This document shows, in pieces, positions 34,291 to 51,710 of a stretch of 64,000 nucleotides of DNA. The DNA is from Guillardia theta CCMP2712 (lineage: Eukaryota; Protista; Cryptophyta), in assembly GCF_000315625.1 (NCBI RefSeq), contig NW_005434670.1:144237-208236 (forward strand), read 5' to 3'. The notes under the pieces are model-generated. The model had not been told where the DNA came from, searched no databases, and worked only from the letters and a program-made list of their open reading frames with translations. Made by a program: the position numbers and the translations under genes. Position 1 is the first letter of the stretch. Each line of letters starts with the position of its first letter.

Positions 34291-37200
34291 TCAGCTTGGC
34301 CGAGTGTCTTTACCTGCACTACAGTTGTCAACTTCAACCTCAGACTTCAAGTCTTCCGGATCGCTCGTGATCATGCGAGGCTTCTTCGGTGTCATATTGT
34401 TCCTCTGAAAGTAATTCTGAATCCCTCTCTTCGCCTTTGTTGTTTCATTAGCAACCGGCCGCTCTGCTTCACCCGCCTTCTCAGAGCAAGCAGAGGTTGT
34501 CCCTGATAGCCTTGACTTCTCCTCCTCTCGGCCTTTCTTGACGCTGTGATCGCTCTTCTTGAAGAAACTTGCGATGCTCGCAGGCTTTCGGGTGGCTCGA
34601 TCTCGTTCCGAAACCATCACTGGGCAGACCTCTTCCACTTGCACTCTCGTCTCGAAGTTGGACTTGGAGTCATCGGAGCAGTATGGGACAACCACCGGGA
34701 TCCTTGAGGTGCACTGGGCGATCGAGAGAGAGACTTCGATTTGTTTGCCATCAGGTATTGGCACCATCGTCTTGATAGAGCCGCTGGTGGTGTCGTACCT
34801 GACAGGCGCTCTTATATGGGAATCTCCTACCAAGATCGGGAGGAGGAAATTGGTGTTGGGTTGAAGCTTTAGAGCCAAGATCCCTTGCGCACCAAGATCC
34901 GGTGGAAGAATTTTCACAGCCTGTCCTGAGCGCAAGAGCATTCTGCTCCTCAGAGCCTCTTTGATGTCAGCCACAACAGAGCATGGGAGGCGGAGGCCAA
35001 CCAGATGTCGGCCATCGATAGCAATCCTGACGACCTTCATACGAGCATCACGTACAGAGAGCTTGCTGTCAGAGCTTCGAGAGTGTCGTGTGACAACCTC
35101 TTGTATCTCATTCCAGATGGAAATCAATGTTCCGCTCACAAGATTGAAGTTGAGGATTCGCGAACCGTTGCCGTCCCATGACTCGCTTTGGACAAAGAGT
35201 GTTTTCCATGACCTCTCTGCTTCGCTCGAATCCTGCTGTACGTACTTCTCATGCAGCTCACTCAGGCTGATCTCTTGCTTGCTGAGCCCAGTGTTGGGTC
35301 GTGATATAATGAAAGAAGCATCATCTTTGCAAATAGCAAGGATGATGCCATACACGTTTCTCCCAGGAATTTTGTGCCGAGTTTCATAGAATCCATCATT
35401 CTTGCTCCCCTTGCTTTCCATTCTTAGCTTCTTGATGGCAGAATCCCAGCTCATGCCTCTGTCAATTCTTAGGTTATGAACAGAAGTTTTCGCAGAGGTC
35501 GTTGGGTCTGAATAAACTTCCTCAGAAGACAAAACATCAATTTGGACACTGTCTTCGTGGAAAAGATCTGAGATTGCATCACTGTAGCGGCCCTCTCGCT
35601 TTGCCATGCATATCTCGTGTTGAAGCAGACAAAAGAAGTACTGAAAGAGGCAATTCTGTATTGTAACTGGAGCAGCCAGCAACCTTCCCAAGAATTTCTT
35701 CACATTTCCTTGTTCAGACGCTGAACGAGCTCCACTCATTGCGAGATACTCAAAGCCGAGCCTGAAGTTTTCAAGGAGGTCTTCTTCACTTGTGTCTCCT
35801 GTGATCTCGAAGAGATCACGCACATTGACATTTTGGACCAACAGTGTAGAATTTTGAATTGATTCCATCAGTTTTTTCAAGCTGGAATTCCCATAAACCT
35901 AAATGAGATCGTGAGGGTGAAAATTTACTGCCAGGGCCGCTATTACCGTTTGCAAATTGAATTCCTGCAGATCTTGCCCGACGGCTGCTCGACGATCTCC
36001 CCTCGTCAGTGCCCCCAAACTCTCCAAACGCCTCGCCACCGCCGATGCGAATCTCCTTTCTCCACCAATGTCTACAAGTAGGTGAGGTGAAGCTTTCCTT
36101 CATTGTCAATGTGTGTACCTGTCACGACCAGTCTGTATATCGGAGCACTCACTTGATTGCTTCGATGGGATCGGCCGAGTTGTTGGACAGCCTTGTCGGC
36201 GCTCCATGGCAACTGGAGGTCAGAGGCAGTCACGATAGCTACAAGATCCTCCCATGTCAGTCACCTCTAGCGTGAAATGTACTCTCCTCCTCTGGTTGCC
36301 CCCATCCTTGAGGGCATGTAAACTTATTCCCACTGACGCAGCGTCAGAGATGATTCCTGCATCAAGCAATCAGGACCGCTCGCAATTGAAGCAGATGTTG
36401 GTCGAGACCTATCAACTTCTTCCCTGCTTGAAACTTCTGGCATTCTTTCACGTTGATAGTCTCAATTTCCGCTTCCCCTTTACCTCGCTGCTCCACACGG
36501 AAAGTGTTTCCTTTCTCCCTGACAATCCTCCATGTCCTTCCCGTCATTTCTGCAACACGGTCCGGCCCACCCAGCTGATCAATCAACAAGTCGAGAGCAG
36601 AACTTGGAAGTTCGCATTCTTCTGTTCTTCGAATCAGGTCATCTCTATTCTTGAGACATGATTCCACAGTTTGTCCAGCTGACTGTTTGTTCTTTGACAC
36701 CTCCACGTTGTTCATGTAAATTTCATCTGTGATGTCAACAACGCTGGTATCAAGCTGCTTAGAATCATTCAGGGCGTCTGTTGAAGCATCATGCACAATG
36801 ACGGGGAAGTGAGTCTCTAAGAATGATATCAGGGTGTCTCGAACGCTAGAGTAGAGGCTGTTGAAGTGATGTACACTCTTCTTCTGCGAAATTTTCCTAG
36901 ACAGAGCCGCCTCTCCAGTCTGCTGCAAACCGATGACAACCGCATGCCCTTCTTCAACTGCCCTAGCAGGAAATTAAACGATTGAACAGAAAGAAAAGAG
37001 CAATCTTACTTCTTGGCTTCTGCAGCAATGTAATCAACTTTCATAGCAAGGATCAGCTGTCGAAAAAATCTTTGATGCGCTGACCAGTAGTTTGACAAAA
37101 TTCTCCCAGGAGCATTCGTCTTCTGAATAGCCTCTTGTAACGCTATTCTCACATCCAACCATAGAGATGCAGCTTCATCATAGACATGCCTTTGTTGATC

Positions 37201-38308
37201 GCTCAATTTCAGTTCGACGGTGTGGAACTCTGAATTCTGGAATGAAAGCCCCCTGCTGACGTATGCCCCGATCCTCTTCAGTTCCATTGCCAGCATCTCA
37301 AGGAAGAAAACTCCTCTTCTTGAAACTGTCGATAGGAATTGCTCGAAGTTGGCGAAAGTGCATGCTTCACCCCAAAGACCAAGTCTCTCACAATACGCGA
37401 GGTTTCCGAGTTCAGTAACCCCAGTAGCGCTGGAGTAGACGACCCTAGCTAGCGGCAGCCTCTTCTGTATCTCAATGACGCACTTGGAAGTCTTTGTTGA
37501 TGCATCAGAGTTCTCGCCAATGAAAAAGTTCTTCGCTCTGTGGCACTCGTCGAACACAAGGACGCCGTCGAAGGTTTCCCCCCCGCACCATTTCACTATC
37601 TGCTCCAGCCGGGAGGGCCTACCGGGCTTGGCTCCCCCGATGAGAGTGCTGTAGGTCGAGAAGAGCACTCCCTCTTTGAAGTCGCTGCTGAGCCCAAGGG
37701 CCTTCGTGTTGTCGTCCAGCTGCTGGCAACCATCGATCACCTTCACGAAGCATCCAAGAGCGTTCATGTCTCGTTCAGCATCGAGCTTCAGATCGCTCGA
37801 CGTGGACAGCCACACATGCTTCCGCCGTCCTCTTGCCAGGGAGTCGAAAATGATTCCAGAGATCTGCAAGGCACGCAATAAGTCCAACGGAGAGCACTCC
37901 ACACGAAACACCTGTCGCCCCTTCCCCACACCTGCCCCATCCCCCAGGAAGAAACCAGCACGGCAGCCGTTGGGAAGTATCATCTGATGCCTCTGGCCTT
38001 TAAGGGTGTTACTGAAAGGAAGATAGCGCAAGGAGCTCCTTACATGCATACAGAACGCCCTCGGTCTGAAGATCCGAAAGTTTTCCCTCCGCGAAGACTT
38101 CGATCGGCACCGAGTCGAACAAGGGGAACTGAGGAGGAGGCAGGCGCACGAGCGCAAGACTCGCAGGTTCTGAGACATGCCCAGGGTGCTTGACCAGCAG
38201 CGAAGCATGTTGCTTCAAGGACGTGCACTCGTAATCAGAGTAAACCTCCGTTGCGTTGAGCTCCTCCCCGTCCTCCAGCTCCTCGGGCAAGGGCGCTGCA
38301 TCTGCCAT
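34291..38308 (-). CDS. SBNO: Strawberry notch (SBNO/FORGETTER1) family helicase-like protein; multi-exon
   Basis: [113 protein letters not shown]. Confidence 0.96.
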
Positions 38309-39065
38309 GCCAGGCGATCCCGACGAGACTAGCACCACTGGGAGGCGATCAGCACAGAGCCATCATCCTGCCATGCCGCACGCTGGGGCCCTCCACTGTC
38401 CAGCGCTTCCCGCCTACCGCCGACCTTCGATTCTGCATGGCATCTTGGCGGGAAACCGGTCTGCCATCATCCACTGTTTCGTGCTGACATGACCCCCCAT
38501 TTATACCGGTCTGAAAGAAGGGAATATAACGGGTGAGTAAAGGAGGAGACAGGGGTCTTGGAGCAGGATCTAATGCCAGTGAGGCCGCAATCTGCAGGCA
38601 CAGCAAGAGAGGAACAGGAGTCAGGAGGAGCGAGGAGAAGCAGGTGGAGCGAGAAGAAGCGGGTGGAGCGAGGAGAGAAGAACAGAGGAGAAGAAGGTAA
38701 CCTGCGTTTGTAAGGAGCAGGAGCAGACCAAGGAGCAGACGATAGAGGAAGAAGTCAAGGAAGGGAGAACCAAGGCGCTTCAGGGGTCGTCAGGTCACGG
38801 AGCAGGAGGAAGCCTTTGGCGTTCAGGTCAGCACTGGTCTTCCCAGCAACTGAGGCATGGAAGGAATCTGACTCGACAAGCCAAACAGCCGCTAGGCGTC
38901 GCCAGGCAGGGCCGTGGGAGTTGATGTTGAAAACTTAGTTGGTAATGTTCCAGCACTGTCGGTCCTCTTTGTGAGGCTGGGAAACTGCAAGGGATCACCT
39001 TTATCCCGCGTTTCTCTGCACGTTTTCTTTGTTCTTGGGTCTCTGAGACAGCAATCAGCTGCAAA

Positions 39066-41087
39066 ATGTTGCCTTCGGGCGGTATTCTTGCAAATAATCG
39101 TCTTGCTATCACGACCATCCTCCTCTCTCTTGGCCTTCACCTTGCAGCAGGCATTCAGATTCCCTTCACCTCCCGTGGGCCGCAGACTGTAGGGCAGGGT
39201 ACTCTCAATAGCTCCCAGGCCGTTGCGCCCCTGCTGAGTTTCAATCCTACTATGAGGAAGCGTTCGAGAGTGGTCGTGTCGTCACATGGCAGGGAGGATG
39301 GGATCGTCGTAGCCGAGCAGAGCCGAGTCAAGCTCCTTCTGAGAGCCATCTATCTTTCTTTCATCTACTTCCTCCCCTTTGTCACGAGCCCCCTCGCCCT
39401 CCTCGTCCCCAGCTTTCGCGACCATGTCTGGTACAAGTTCCTGACCATGTCGCTGGGGCACTCGGGAGCGGCGTTCATCAAGTGGGGCCAGTGGGCGTCT
39501 GTGAGGCCGGACATCTTCCCCCTCAAACTCTGCGACGTTCTCTCGCACCTTCACAGCAACGCTCCCAAGCACAGCTGGAAGCACACCAAGCAGGAGGTTG
39601 AGAGAGCCCTTGGCTGCTCGATCGAGAGATACTTCGAGCGCTTCGACCGCGAGGCCTTCGCGTCCGGCAGCATCGCTCAAGTTCACTTTGCCACCCATAA
39701 CGGGCAGAAGCTGGCGGTGAAGGTTCGGCACCCCAACGTGAAGGAGCAGATCGCCTCGGACTTCCGTATCATGCGCGCGTTCGGCTCGTTCGTCGACAGC
39801 ATCCCCGGGCTGCACTGGCTGAACCTCGAGGCTTCGATGGAGCAGTTCTCTCACACCATCGCCTCTCAGACGCGGCTGGACGTTGAGGCCAACCACCTCG
39901 ACATCTTCAACGACAACTTCCGGGCCCAGAGGCAAATATGCGGCTTCCCCAAGGCTGTCTTCTGCAGCGAGAGCGTGTTGGTAGAGACGTTCGAGGAAGG
40001 GTCACTTGCTACACACATGGTGCTGCCCATCAACCGCGCCAAGGCGAGGAAGAGCAGGTCATGGTGGCCTCTTGGTTCGCTATCGAGCCTCCTCCATTCT
40101 TGCCTGCGCTGCTTTCACGTCGAGGAGGAGATGGAGGAAACGCTATCGTCGACAGGGCACTTCATCGTAGCCAAGGGAGAAGACATGTACCTGCAGATGC
40201 TTCTCAAGGACAACTTGATGCATGCAGATCTGCATCCGGGCAATATACTCCTGCAGCACAACAACTCGCTGCACCACAACCCGAAGATCATTCTCCTCGA
40301 TGCTGGGATGGTTGCCCAGCTCAAGGCTGACGAGCAAGACAACTTCATCGGACTGCTCAAGGCGATTGGCAAGGTAAGGCGGGAGCGAGGGAGCGAGGGA
40401 GCGAGGGAGCGAGGGAGCGAGGGAGCGAGGGAGGGGGGGGATGGTTGTGGACAAGGGCGGGGATGAGGACGGGGACGAGGACGGGGACGAGGACGGGGAC
40501 GAGGACGGGGACGGTGTGGCTGAGCTTTCTTACCAGGGCGACGGGTCCATGGCCGCAGACTTCATCCTCCGCTTCTCGTGCAACCAGACGTGCACCTCTC
40601 CCGAGCTTGTCGAGCTCTTCCGCCAGGACATGGTGAGGCTCTTCGCCGAGCACTGCCGCGGGTACGGCCATGGCGTACACATCGGCAATGTCCTCCGCCT
40701 CATCCTGCAGACCCTCAGGGTCCACAAAGTCCGTGTGGACGTCAACTACGTGACACTCGTCCTCAATATCCTCTGCCTCGAGGGGCTCGCGAGCGCGTTC
40801 CAGCCTGACTATAACCTGTTGGACGGAGCTCGGCCGCTGCTGGACGGGTACAGGAAGTGGCTCAGGTTCCTGTTCCCCCTTGGGCTGCTGGCGAAACGGA
40901 TCAAGGATGACAGGTACGGTGACTTGCTCCTGCTGTCGCGCCCGATCCGTTCCGTCCTCCCCCTTCCCCTCGCTCTCCTGCCCCTTTCCTGCTCCTCCTT
41001 CTTCACTTGTTTCCTTCATGGATGATCTTGAGTTGCAGGAGGTACCGGAGCCTCAGAGAGCAAGAAGCGCGGGAGCAGGCCAAGTAA
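39066..41087 (+). CDS. ABC1/UbiB (ADCK) atypical kinase; 3 exons
   Basis: AFIKWGQWASVRPD, ASGSIAQVH, AVKVRHP, MHADLHPGNI, LLDAGM; introns at 40374-~40536 and ~40913-41038. Confidence 0.93.
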
Positions 41088-41259
41088 GGGGACGTGGAGG
41101 AAGGGAGCCAAGACGAGGATGTGAACGGAGCATTCGGGAAGGAGGAGACGGGAGGCAGAAGCGAGAATGAGGAGAATTCGAAGAAACAGTTGGTGAGAGA
41201 TCTGTATTTTACGAGAGATTCGTCAACTCCTCTGTCCTTGCGCTGTCTGTGTACATCCC

Positions 41260-41340
41260 TCCTTCGATGTTATCGGCCGGGACCTGGTAATCAGCAACAA
41301 TGAGGAGAGAAAGACGAGAAGGAAGCAGGAGCAGGAGCAA

Positions 41341-41399
<59 letters not shown>

Positions 41400-44224
41400 C
41401 GAACCTCGCTGTCAGAGATGCCCAGTCCCCCTCTTCCTCCGAAGTAGTGAAGCGTAGAACCCCGAACCAGCTCCTGCTCATCGGGTCAAGACCGTTGAAG
41501 CGCAGGGACTTGACTCACGTCGTTGACGTCATTGGGGATTCTCCCAACTTTCTCCGGCGTGGGATGAGATTGCTGGAAGCTGAGCAGTCGTTACCAAGCA
41601 ATCAAAATTCCTTCTTTGCTGCCCCCCCTCCTCCCACCTTCCCCGGCCTTGTCCTGCAAAAACTCCTCTCTTTCGTTCTCCTCTTCCTCCACTTCCCCAC
41701 TCCTCTGAAGCTGTTGTATGTGTCCTTCCATCCCTGCCTTCATCCCGCCCTGCGCTCCTCCATCCACCTCCACACCTGTCTCGACGTCTTGCCCCAGATA
41801 GCTTGGTAGGAACCAACACCTGCCGACCAACACGTTGAGTGGAGGAGACCAGGAGTGACGCGAGTCTCACATCTCCGTCTCTGGTTCCGGCAGCTCCAAA
41901 CATACCCGTGTCGATGATGTTGTCACCTGCTTCTGTGTCACACATGCCCAACTCCCTTCCTTCTCTTCCCTTCTCCTTCTCCCTCCTCCTCATCCCTCAC
42001 CTGCCTTCTCCTTCTCCCTCCTCCCCCTCCTCCTCCTCCTCCTCCTCCTCCTCCTCCTCCTCCCTTCTCCCTCGTCTACTCACCGAGCTTGTTCCTAATC
42101 AGAGCTGGCCCGATGCCAGACTGCCCGTATCTGTTAACAAGCATGAGCACAGTTGGCAGGAGAAGGAGGGAGAGGAAAGAAGAGCAGACATGCACAGTCA
42201 GGGAGGGGAAACATGCTCAGCAGACCTGTCGGGGCCGGAGTTTTCGGCAGTGCCAACCACGATACCTCCATGGACGTACTGGAGGGAAGGATGAGAGGCG
42301 GAAGGACGAGATCCTGCACTAGTACCCCAGCGCCATGCGCGAGACGACGGAAGCGATTCTCGTCTGTGCTCTCCACGGGCTGAAAGAGAAATGAGCGAGA
42401 AATAGAAGAGGAGGAGGGGAGAGGAGAGGAGAAGAGAGGAGAGGAGAGAGGGGGAGTGGAGAGGGCAGAGCAGATTAGAGGAGAGGAGACGAGACGAGAC
42501 GAGAAAGAAAGGGGATGGATATAGCATGGCCTATGATCCATTACCTCGTCATTATTGTCTTCTTTGGAGGATGCCTTTCCAACGAACTCCTTCATCGTCT
42601 TTGCAGGATGTCAAAGACCCACCAAGTACCACAAGGTTGTCAAAGCACCTCCTTGGTATCGTCAAACCTAGAAGCGGCTCGACTACCCGTGCTTCTTGCA
42701 ACGAGTTTCTGAATCACTCATGTCAGCACGGTACTCCCTCCTTTACTCCCTTCCTCCCTCTCCTTCCATTCATATCTTTTACTCTCTATGCCTCTCTCTT
42801 GGATTTTTCAGCCTCCTACCTGGCTATTCATCTTCTTCTCGACGCTCTGTGTCTTGGACCTGTTGTACCATGAGACGGGATTCGAATCGTCATCATCACA
42901 GACAAGCTCTGCTTGGCCTCAGCGAGTTGGGCTTCAAGTTTCTCTACCCGTTCAGCCTCCTGCAACTCCTGTAGCAAGATGAGATGAATCAACCTCGTAC
43001 GAGGGGAGTATCGAAACCTTGCGAAGGAGATGTACACGAGATCTGGCACTAGCAACCGTGTTGTCCAGCGACTTCCCCTCCTCCTGTGTGTTGGTCTCAG
43101 CATGGAGCAAGAAACTGACAGCAAGAAGCTCACCACAGGCTTCTGGTTCAGCTGAGCATGCAGGCGAGCGATCCTGTGACGGCTATGTTGCTGCGGGAGA
43201 GGATCAGCCTAAAGGAGCAGGAGCAACGTGCTGCTGGCTCGTCAGGTTTCACCTTGTGGATCTCAACTGCTCCATCGCTCTGGGGCCTGAGGTGGCTCCT
43301 CCTCACAAGCCTCTTGAGCGGTGCGGGACGCTGGACCATGTCCTGCAAGGTTGTCAACGAGACGCGGCGGAGGCTGACGGCGCACAGACCTCGTGCATGT
43401 ACTGCGAACCAAGAGAGATGATGCGCTGAGCAAGGGCTTCCTTCGGGGAGACGTCTCCCTGTACGCACACAGACAGACGTCACAGGAAGGAACAGCGGAG
43501 GAGGAGGGGAGGGAGCCAACCATGGCCTCGGCCTCATGCAAGAGCATCTTGTTCTGGTCAGCTGGGCTCATGGTGGCAGCAAGGCTGCCGAGGACCTGGA
43601 TGGCGAGCATCAGACTCGACCTCTCGGCTGTTCTCCGACTCTCTCACGTTGGATTTGCTCTCTTTCAGCCTGCCGAGCAGACCAGTGCCGTCTCGCTTCG
43701 CCTACGAGAAGCACAAAAGAGTTAGATTGGAGCCACAAGAGCTGACATGAGGTTAAGGCTTCGCTCACATTCATCTCTCCGAGTACACCCTCGATGATGG
43801 GATCCTTCGCCTTGGCCGCTTGCACTTTGAACATGTTGAGCTGCTTCTCAAGAGCCTGGCCAGTTGTCAGCCTGCAGAAAGCGCAAACTTCTCTCTTCTC
43901 TACCTCTTTCTCTCGCCTCAGGGTGTCAATCCTTGGCTTCTTCTCCACCTTTACAGCAGCGGTAGCGACGACCTTCTTGCCTGACTTGCTGGCTGCGTGA
44001 TGGACCTGAGGATGGGACGAGGGGTGCAGCTGGGCCTGGAGCTGCGCTTTCTCCTTGATCAATCTTTCGATCTCTCGAGATTCACTGCAGAGGGTCAGTG
44101 GAAAAGTTAATGGAAAACGGCATTACCGGTCCAGCTCGACAGGATCTCTTGCACCGGAGTTCATGGCAAACATTCCCAGAGCAAGGACGCAGGCGATGGC
44201 AGCAACCATGATGACTCGATGCAT
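41260..44224 (-). CDS. Multi-exon uncharacterised protein(s) with an N-terminal signal/anchor and coiled-coil segments
   Basis: MHRVIMVAAIACVLALGMFAMNSG leader followed by many short minus-strand exons (e.g. AAKAKDPIIEGVLGEMN, ELQEAERVEKLEAQLAEAKQSL). May be more than one gene. Confidence 0.5.
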
Positions 44225-44784
44225 GTTGGTGCTTGCCGTCGACTTGCTCCTGCTAACGATGCCCTGCCAGACAAGTTTAGGAAGCATCAGACAAGAGATG
44301 TGATCTGAAAGACGATAGAGGCTAAGTGCAGCATTGCAATAGACAGCAGAGATAAACAAAAGTCTGAAAGATCTACAAACGGGTTCCGGCTAAGCTACAT
44401 CAACAAAGAATGGGACATTGAAAGTTTCTCAAAACTGACGACAAGGGAGAACAGGTATCATGTCTGCCTTCCTTGCTGGCCCTGTCTCTCTCCCTCCCTC
44501 TCTCCATCCCATCATCCTGCATGTTCCGCGCAATCGCTCCTCCTGCCTCCCCCTCCATGGCTCACCTCTCCCGCGCCCTCTGCCTCCACCATGGGCAGTC
44601 GACGTCTCTTCACAGAAAACGATGATGTAACAGAAAACTTCATTTGCAACGGATATAACCGTTTCAAACCCTGGGTCTGTAGGGGATGAGGGCAGAACCC
44701 CTTCAGTGAGTCAGCGGGTGGGTCATAGAGGGGATGAGGGTTCTGAGTCTCGTAGGGCATGCTGGATGAGGGAGGGCCGACGAA

Positions 44785-46850
44785 ATGGCGGCGGCGGCGG
44801 CTGATCGAGGCACGTCTATGGGCAAGAAGGTGAGGGAGATGGTAGTCATGGCTATGTGAGACGAGGTTGTCCCGTTGCCGTCTCTTCAATCTGTCTGCTT
44901 CTGAGCCTTTGATGTGCATGAGATCTTTGATGAGTTTTGCGAATCGACTGGGAAGTTGCAAAGTGTTTACGTGCCGTCGGATTTTTCATGCTCGCTGAGA
45001 CATTTCGTGCAGGAATCCATGCTTCTCTTGTATCCTCTTCGCACTCTTCCTCGTCGCGCTCTTGGCGCTATGCTGGAATGCAAGGTCATGCCTTGGAGCG
45101 GTAACGAAATCCCTGGGACCAGTGATAGAGAAGCTTTTCCCAGAGGATCAGCAGGAAATTATGAACGAGAGGATCAAGCGGAAGGCAAGGAACCATCAGG
45201 TGTCCATCATGGACATCGAGGAAGTTGCTAGCCAGCCGCCAGACTCGCACCAACCCATTGTAGAGATTCAACCTGACCCCGAGAACCTCTGCATTGCCTG
45301 GAGGGCTACCAAGGACTGCGACTCCCATGGCGATCCTGACCCAAGACAAGATCGCTCTTGCCATGAAGGGATTGATCCCTGGCAGTCTGGGTTCTGCGAG
45401 TGCGTGGATGAGGGAGGAAACAAACAGAAGGTTACGTTTGACTGTAGCAGAGATGATCAGGATTTGAGGGAGTCGTTCACATGCTCGCATGTCTGCCTGT
45501 CCACTATCCTCGTGAACAAGAAGAGGAGTCAGAAGCTCTCGAGAGCTGAGATGCTGAAGCTCGAGCGAGCTGCGGAGGAGGAGGGGGTCAGGAAGCAGGA
45601 GGCTGCCAAACGTCTTCACAAAGAGAAGCAAAGGCTGGAGGACGAGGAGGAGACGAGGAGGAAGAGGACGATGGAGCTTGAAGCTGATGAACTGCTGCTT
45701 GACGTGCATTCACTGATCGAGGAGCGAAAGTTCAAGGAGGCGAACAAGCTGCTGGAGAAGGCAAAGGGCATCTACGTGGAGGTAGGGGTGATCGAGCTAA
45801 CGGACGAATGGAACCTGTTGAATCTCTACTCGAAACCCAACGCAACGAGGAAGGAGCTAGTGATCAGCGGGATAGCTGATCAGCTGCGGCAGGCGATGGA
45901 GACGTACAAGAGTGAGGATGGGGAGGATGAGGTCAGCGATGACGAGAGGGAGAGGCAGGAGAGGTTCCGAGCTGCCAGACTCCAAGCGATCGAGGCGGCC
46001 AAGAAGAAGATCGAGCAGATCGAGGAACAGAATGCTCGTTTGAAGCTTTCCCCCGAGCAGTTGAGGCAGAGAGGCATCATGGAGAGGTTCCAGCGGCGGG
46101 AGGAGGAGAGGAAGATGAGGGAGGCAATGGCAGCGCAGGATCGGGTTGGGAAGGAGGAATTGGAGGGGTTGGAAGCGGAGAAGAAATTCCATGAGTACTT
46201 GAAAGCGAAGCATCTGAACCCTGAGGCTGGAGAGCAAGGGAGAGGAGAGAAGGATATGGAAGGAGAGGATAAGGCGCAGGCGTCGCAGGTGAAACCACCT
46301 CCCCTCCTTCTCCTGACGCTAAGCTGAATACTACCTGCGCCAGGAGCCCCATTCGCCTCCAACCAAGGAGGAAGAGCGAAAAGATTTTACCGACAAGGGC
46401 CAGCAGGAAGAGGGGGCAAAGAGTGCGGCAGAGGAGAAGGGGCAGGCGGCAGAGGAGAAGGGGGAGAAGGGACAGGAACATCTAGGCGTCGAGGGGTTGA
46501 AGGACGTGCTCAAGAACTATGGGCTGGAAGACTATGAGGCAAAGGTGAGGGTCGGTTGTAAGATGAAAGTAGCTGGGAAAGGGGAAATGAAGACAGCTGG
46601 GAAGGGAGGTGGCGACAGCTGGGTAGTTGAATGGTGGAGTTGGGGAGGTTGACATATCTGTCCACTACAGATCTTGGATCTCGGAGTTGAGACTGTGGAG
46701 GATTTGAAATACCTTGACGAGGTATGAAGAGGGGAGGCGAATTGCCTCTGCGGCTGACGCGGTATGCAGGAAATGATTGAGAAGATTAGCGAGAAGCCAA
46801 TTCACAGGAACAAGCTGAAAAAAATCTTGATGTCTTTTCGAAATGGATGA
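44785..46850 (+). CDS. Protein with a small Cys-rich domain, a long coiled coil and a C-terminal SAM domain; multi-exon
   Basis: CIAWRATKDC...SGFCEC...FTCSHVC; EK-rich helices; spliced tail GLKDVLKNYGLEDYEAK|ILDLGVETVEDLKYLDE|EMIEKISEKPIHRNKLKKIL matches the SAM pattern. Confidence 0.75.
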
Positions 46851-46981
46851 CAACCAATACATCTTTCATTGACCCTTGAGTCGAGCATGATAGTTCCAAC
46901 ATCGGATATCAACCCTGTCCTCACTCTTCCAACCATCCTTGCCACTGCAGAGGCCCGTCGACTGTCATAGGCTGTTCGCAC

Positions 46982-50298
<3,317 letters not shown>

Positions 50299-50867
50299 AT
50301 TCCCCGAGTGGTAGATCGACCCCACAACCCTTTCTTTTTTTTGAGTAACACAGAGTACCCACCATGGACTCAACAGTGTAAAACACTCTTAAAAGTAGGG
50401 GTAAATTTGTGTTTTGTTTGGTAAGTAAAATCTGTTCCAGAATCTTTCACCCGTAAAGTGGGAGCGAACATACAAAAATTCCTAGGGCCACAGACCTATG
50501 AAGCATGGTACCTTTCTATGACCAACAAAAGGACTAGGTATTCAGTACTCGGAGCCCAGGGCCGGGCCGGGCCGGGCCGGGCCGCGGCCGCGGCCGCCGG
50601 CGCGGCAGGCGAAGGGTTATATCCTCATCCCCACTAAGTTCCAGGCACGCCTAGAACGAGCATTGCGAGCAAGGAACTCTCGCCTGTTCCTCGTGCCCCT
50701 GTGCTGCCCCACGCGCTCTCTGTCCTCCTCGCTCTTCCCTTCTCTTCTCTTCTCACATTCTCGAAGCGTTTAGACGCTCCAACTCGCTCACTTCCTCACT
50801 GCAAGCCCTCCTGCAGCCTCTTTCACTGACTTTAGCTGTGCCCGGCTCCCTGATCAATCATCTAAGT

Positions 50868-51710
50868 ATGACCTCAGTTGCATCTGACGACCTTGCCCAG
50901 TGGAACGAGACAGATGAGTATCTTCAGATGAAAAGGAAACTCTTCATCCCTGAGGACAAACATTTCTCAGCAACCATCTTCGTCCAGATCCTCCGCATCA
51001 AACACAAATGGGAAAAGCTGCAGGAGCAAGGCGCTGCTGTGCTGCACCGCAGCAGCAAGGAGGAGGAAAACTCTGTTTTCGGCTGCCATACAATTGAAGC
51101 GAAGGATCTGGAAAAATGCTACAAGGAATTCAGTGACCCAAATGTCACGCACCCAACCCAACGAGCCAAGGACTTGATGGTAGCATGCGGAATGGTTTCA
51201 AAGAAGGGCACCCGAGGACCCCCGCGCCCTGACATCCCTCCACCGAAGACCTCGGGCTGGAAACGTGCTGTCTACTACTCTGAGTATGTCTACGATGCCA
51301 AGACAGCGGCCGGAAATGTTCATCGCCACTTGAAGAATGGATGTGAAGCTTTCACCAGAGAGGAAATTCACCCTGACACTCCTCCATGGAAGAAGCAGAA
51401 GTTTTCCAGCCAGCAGTCGCTCCCATCCCCAACAGTCTCGCCTGAGCCATCGTCGCCATTTCACTCACCGGCGTCATTTTCTGATTCCTGGTCCGAGTTG
51501 ACGTTGCTTGCAACACCGCCGCCGTCCCGGTCACTCCTGACCCCGTCCCCATCGTCGCAGCTGCTGTCGACGTCTCTGCCCCCGACCAATTTCTGCGGAG
51601 CATGTTTCATGGAGATGTGCCAAAATCATCCAGGAAGCTGCAGCACTGAGCACCATCCTGCCTGCCGCCGCCGTCTCAACTTCGACGACAACACGGAGTA
51701 CGGAATTTGA
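50868..51710 (+). CDS. Intronless uncharacterised protein (~280 aa) with a Ser/Pro-rich region and a Cys/His tail
   Basis: Long ORF; C-terminal CGAC-x3-C-x2-H-x3-C-x3-HH-x2-C cluster. Confidence 0.65.
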   Translation: MTSVASDDLAQWNETDEYLQMKRKLFIPEDKHFSATIFVQILRIKHKWEKLQEQGAAVLHRSSKEEENSVFGCHTIEAKDLEKCYKEFSDPNVTHPTQRAKDLMVACGMVSKKGTRGPPRPDIPPPKTSGWKRAVYYSEYVYDAKTAAGNVHRHLKNGCEAFTREEIHPDTPPWKKQKFSSQQSLPSPTVSPEPSSPFHSPASFSDSWSELTLLATPPPSRSLLTPSPSSQLLSTSLPPTNFCGACFMEMCQNHPGSCSTEHHPACRRRLNFDDNTEYGI

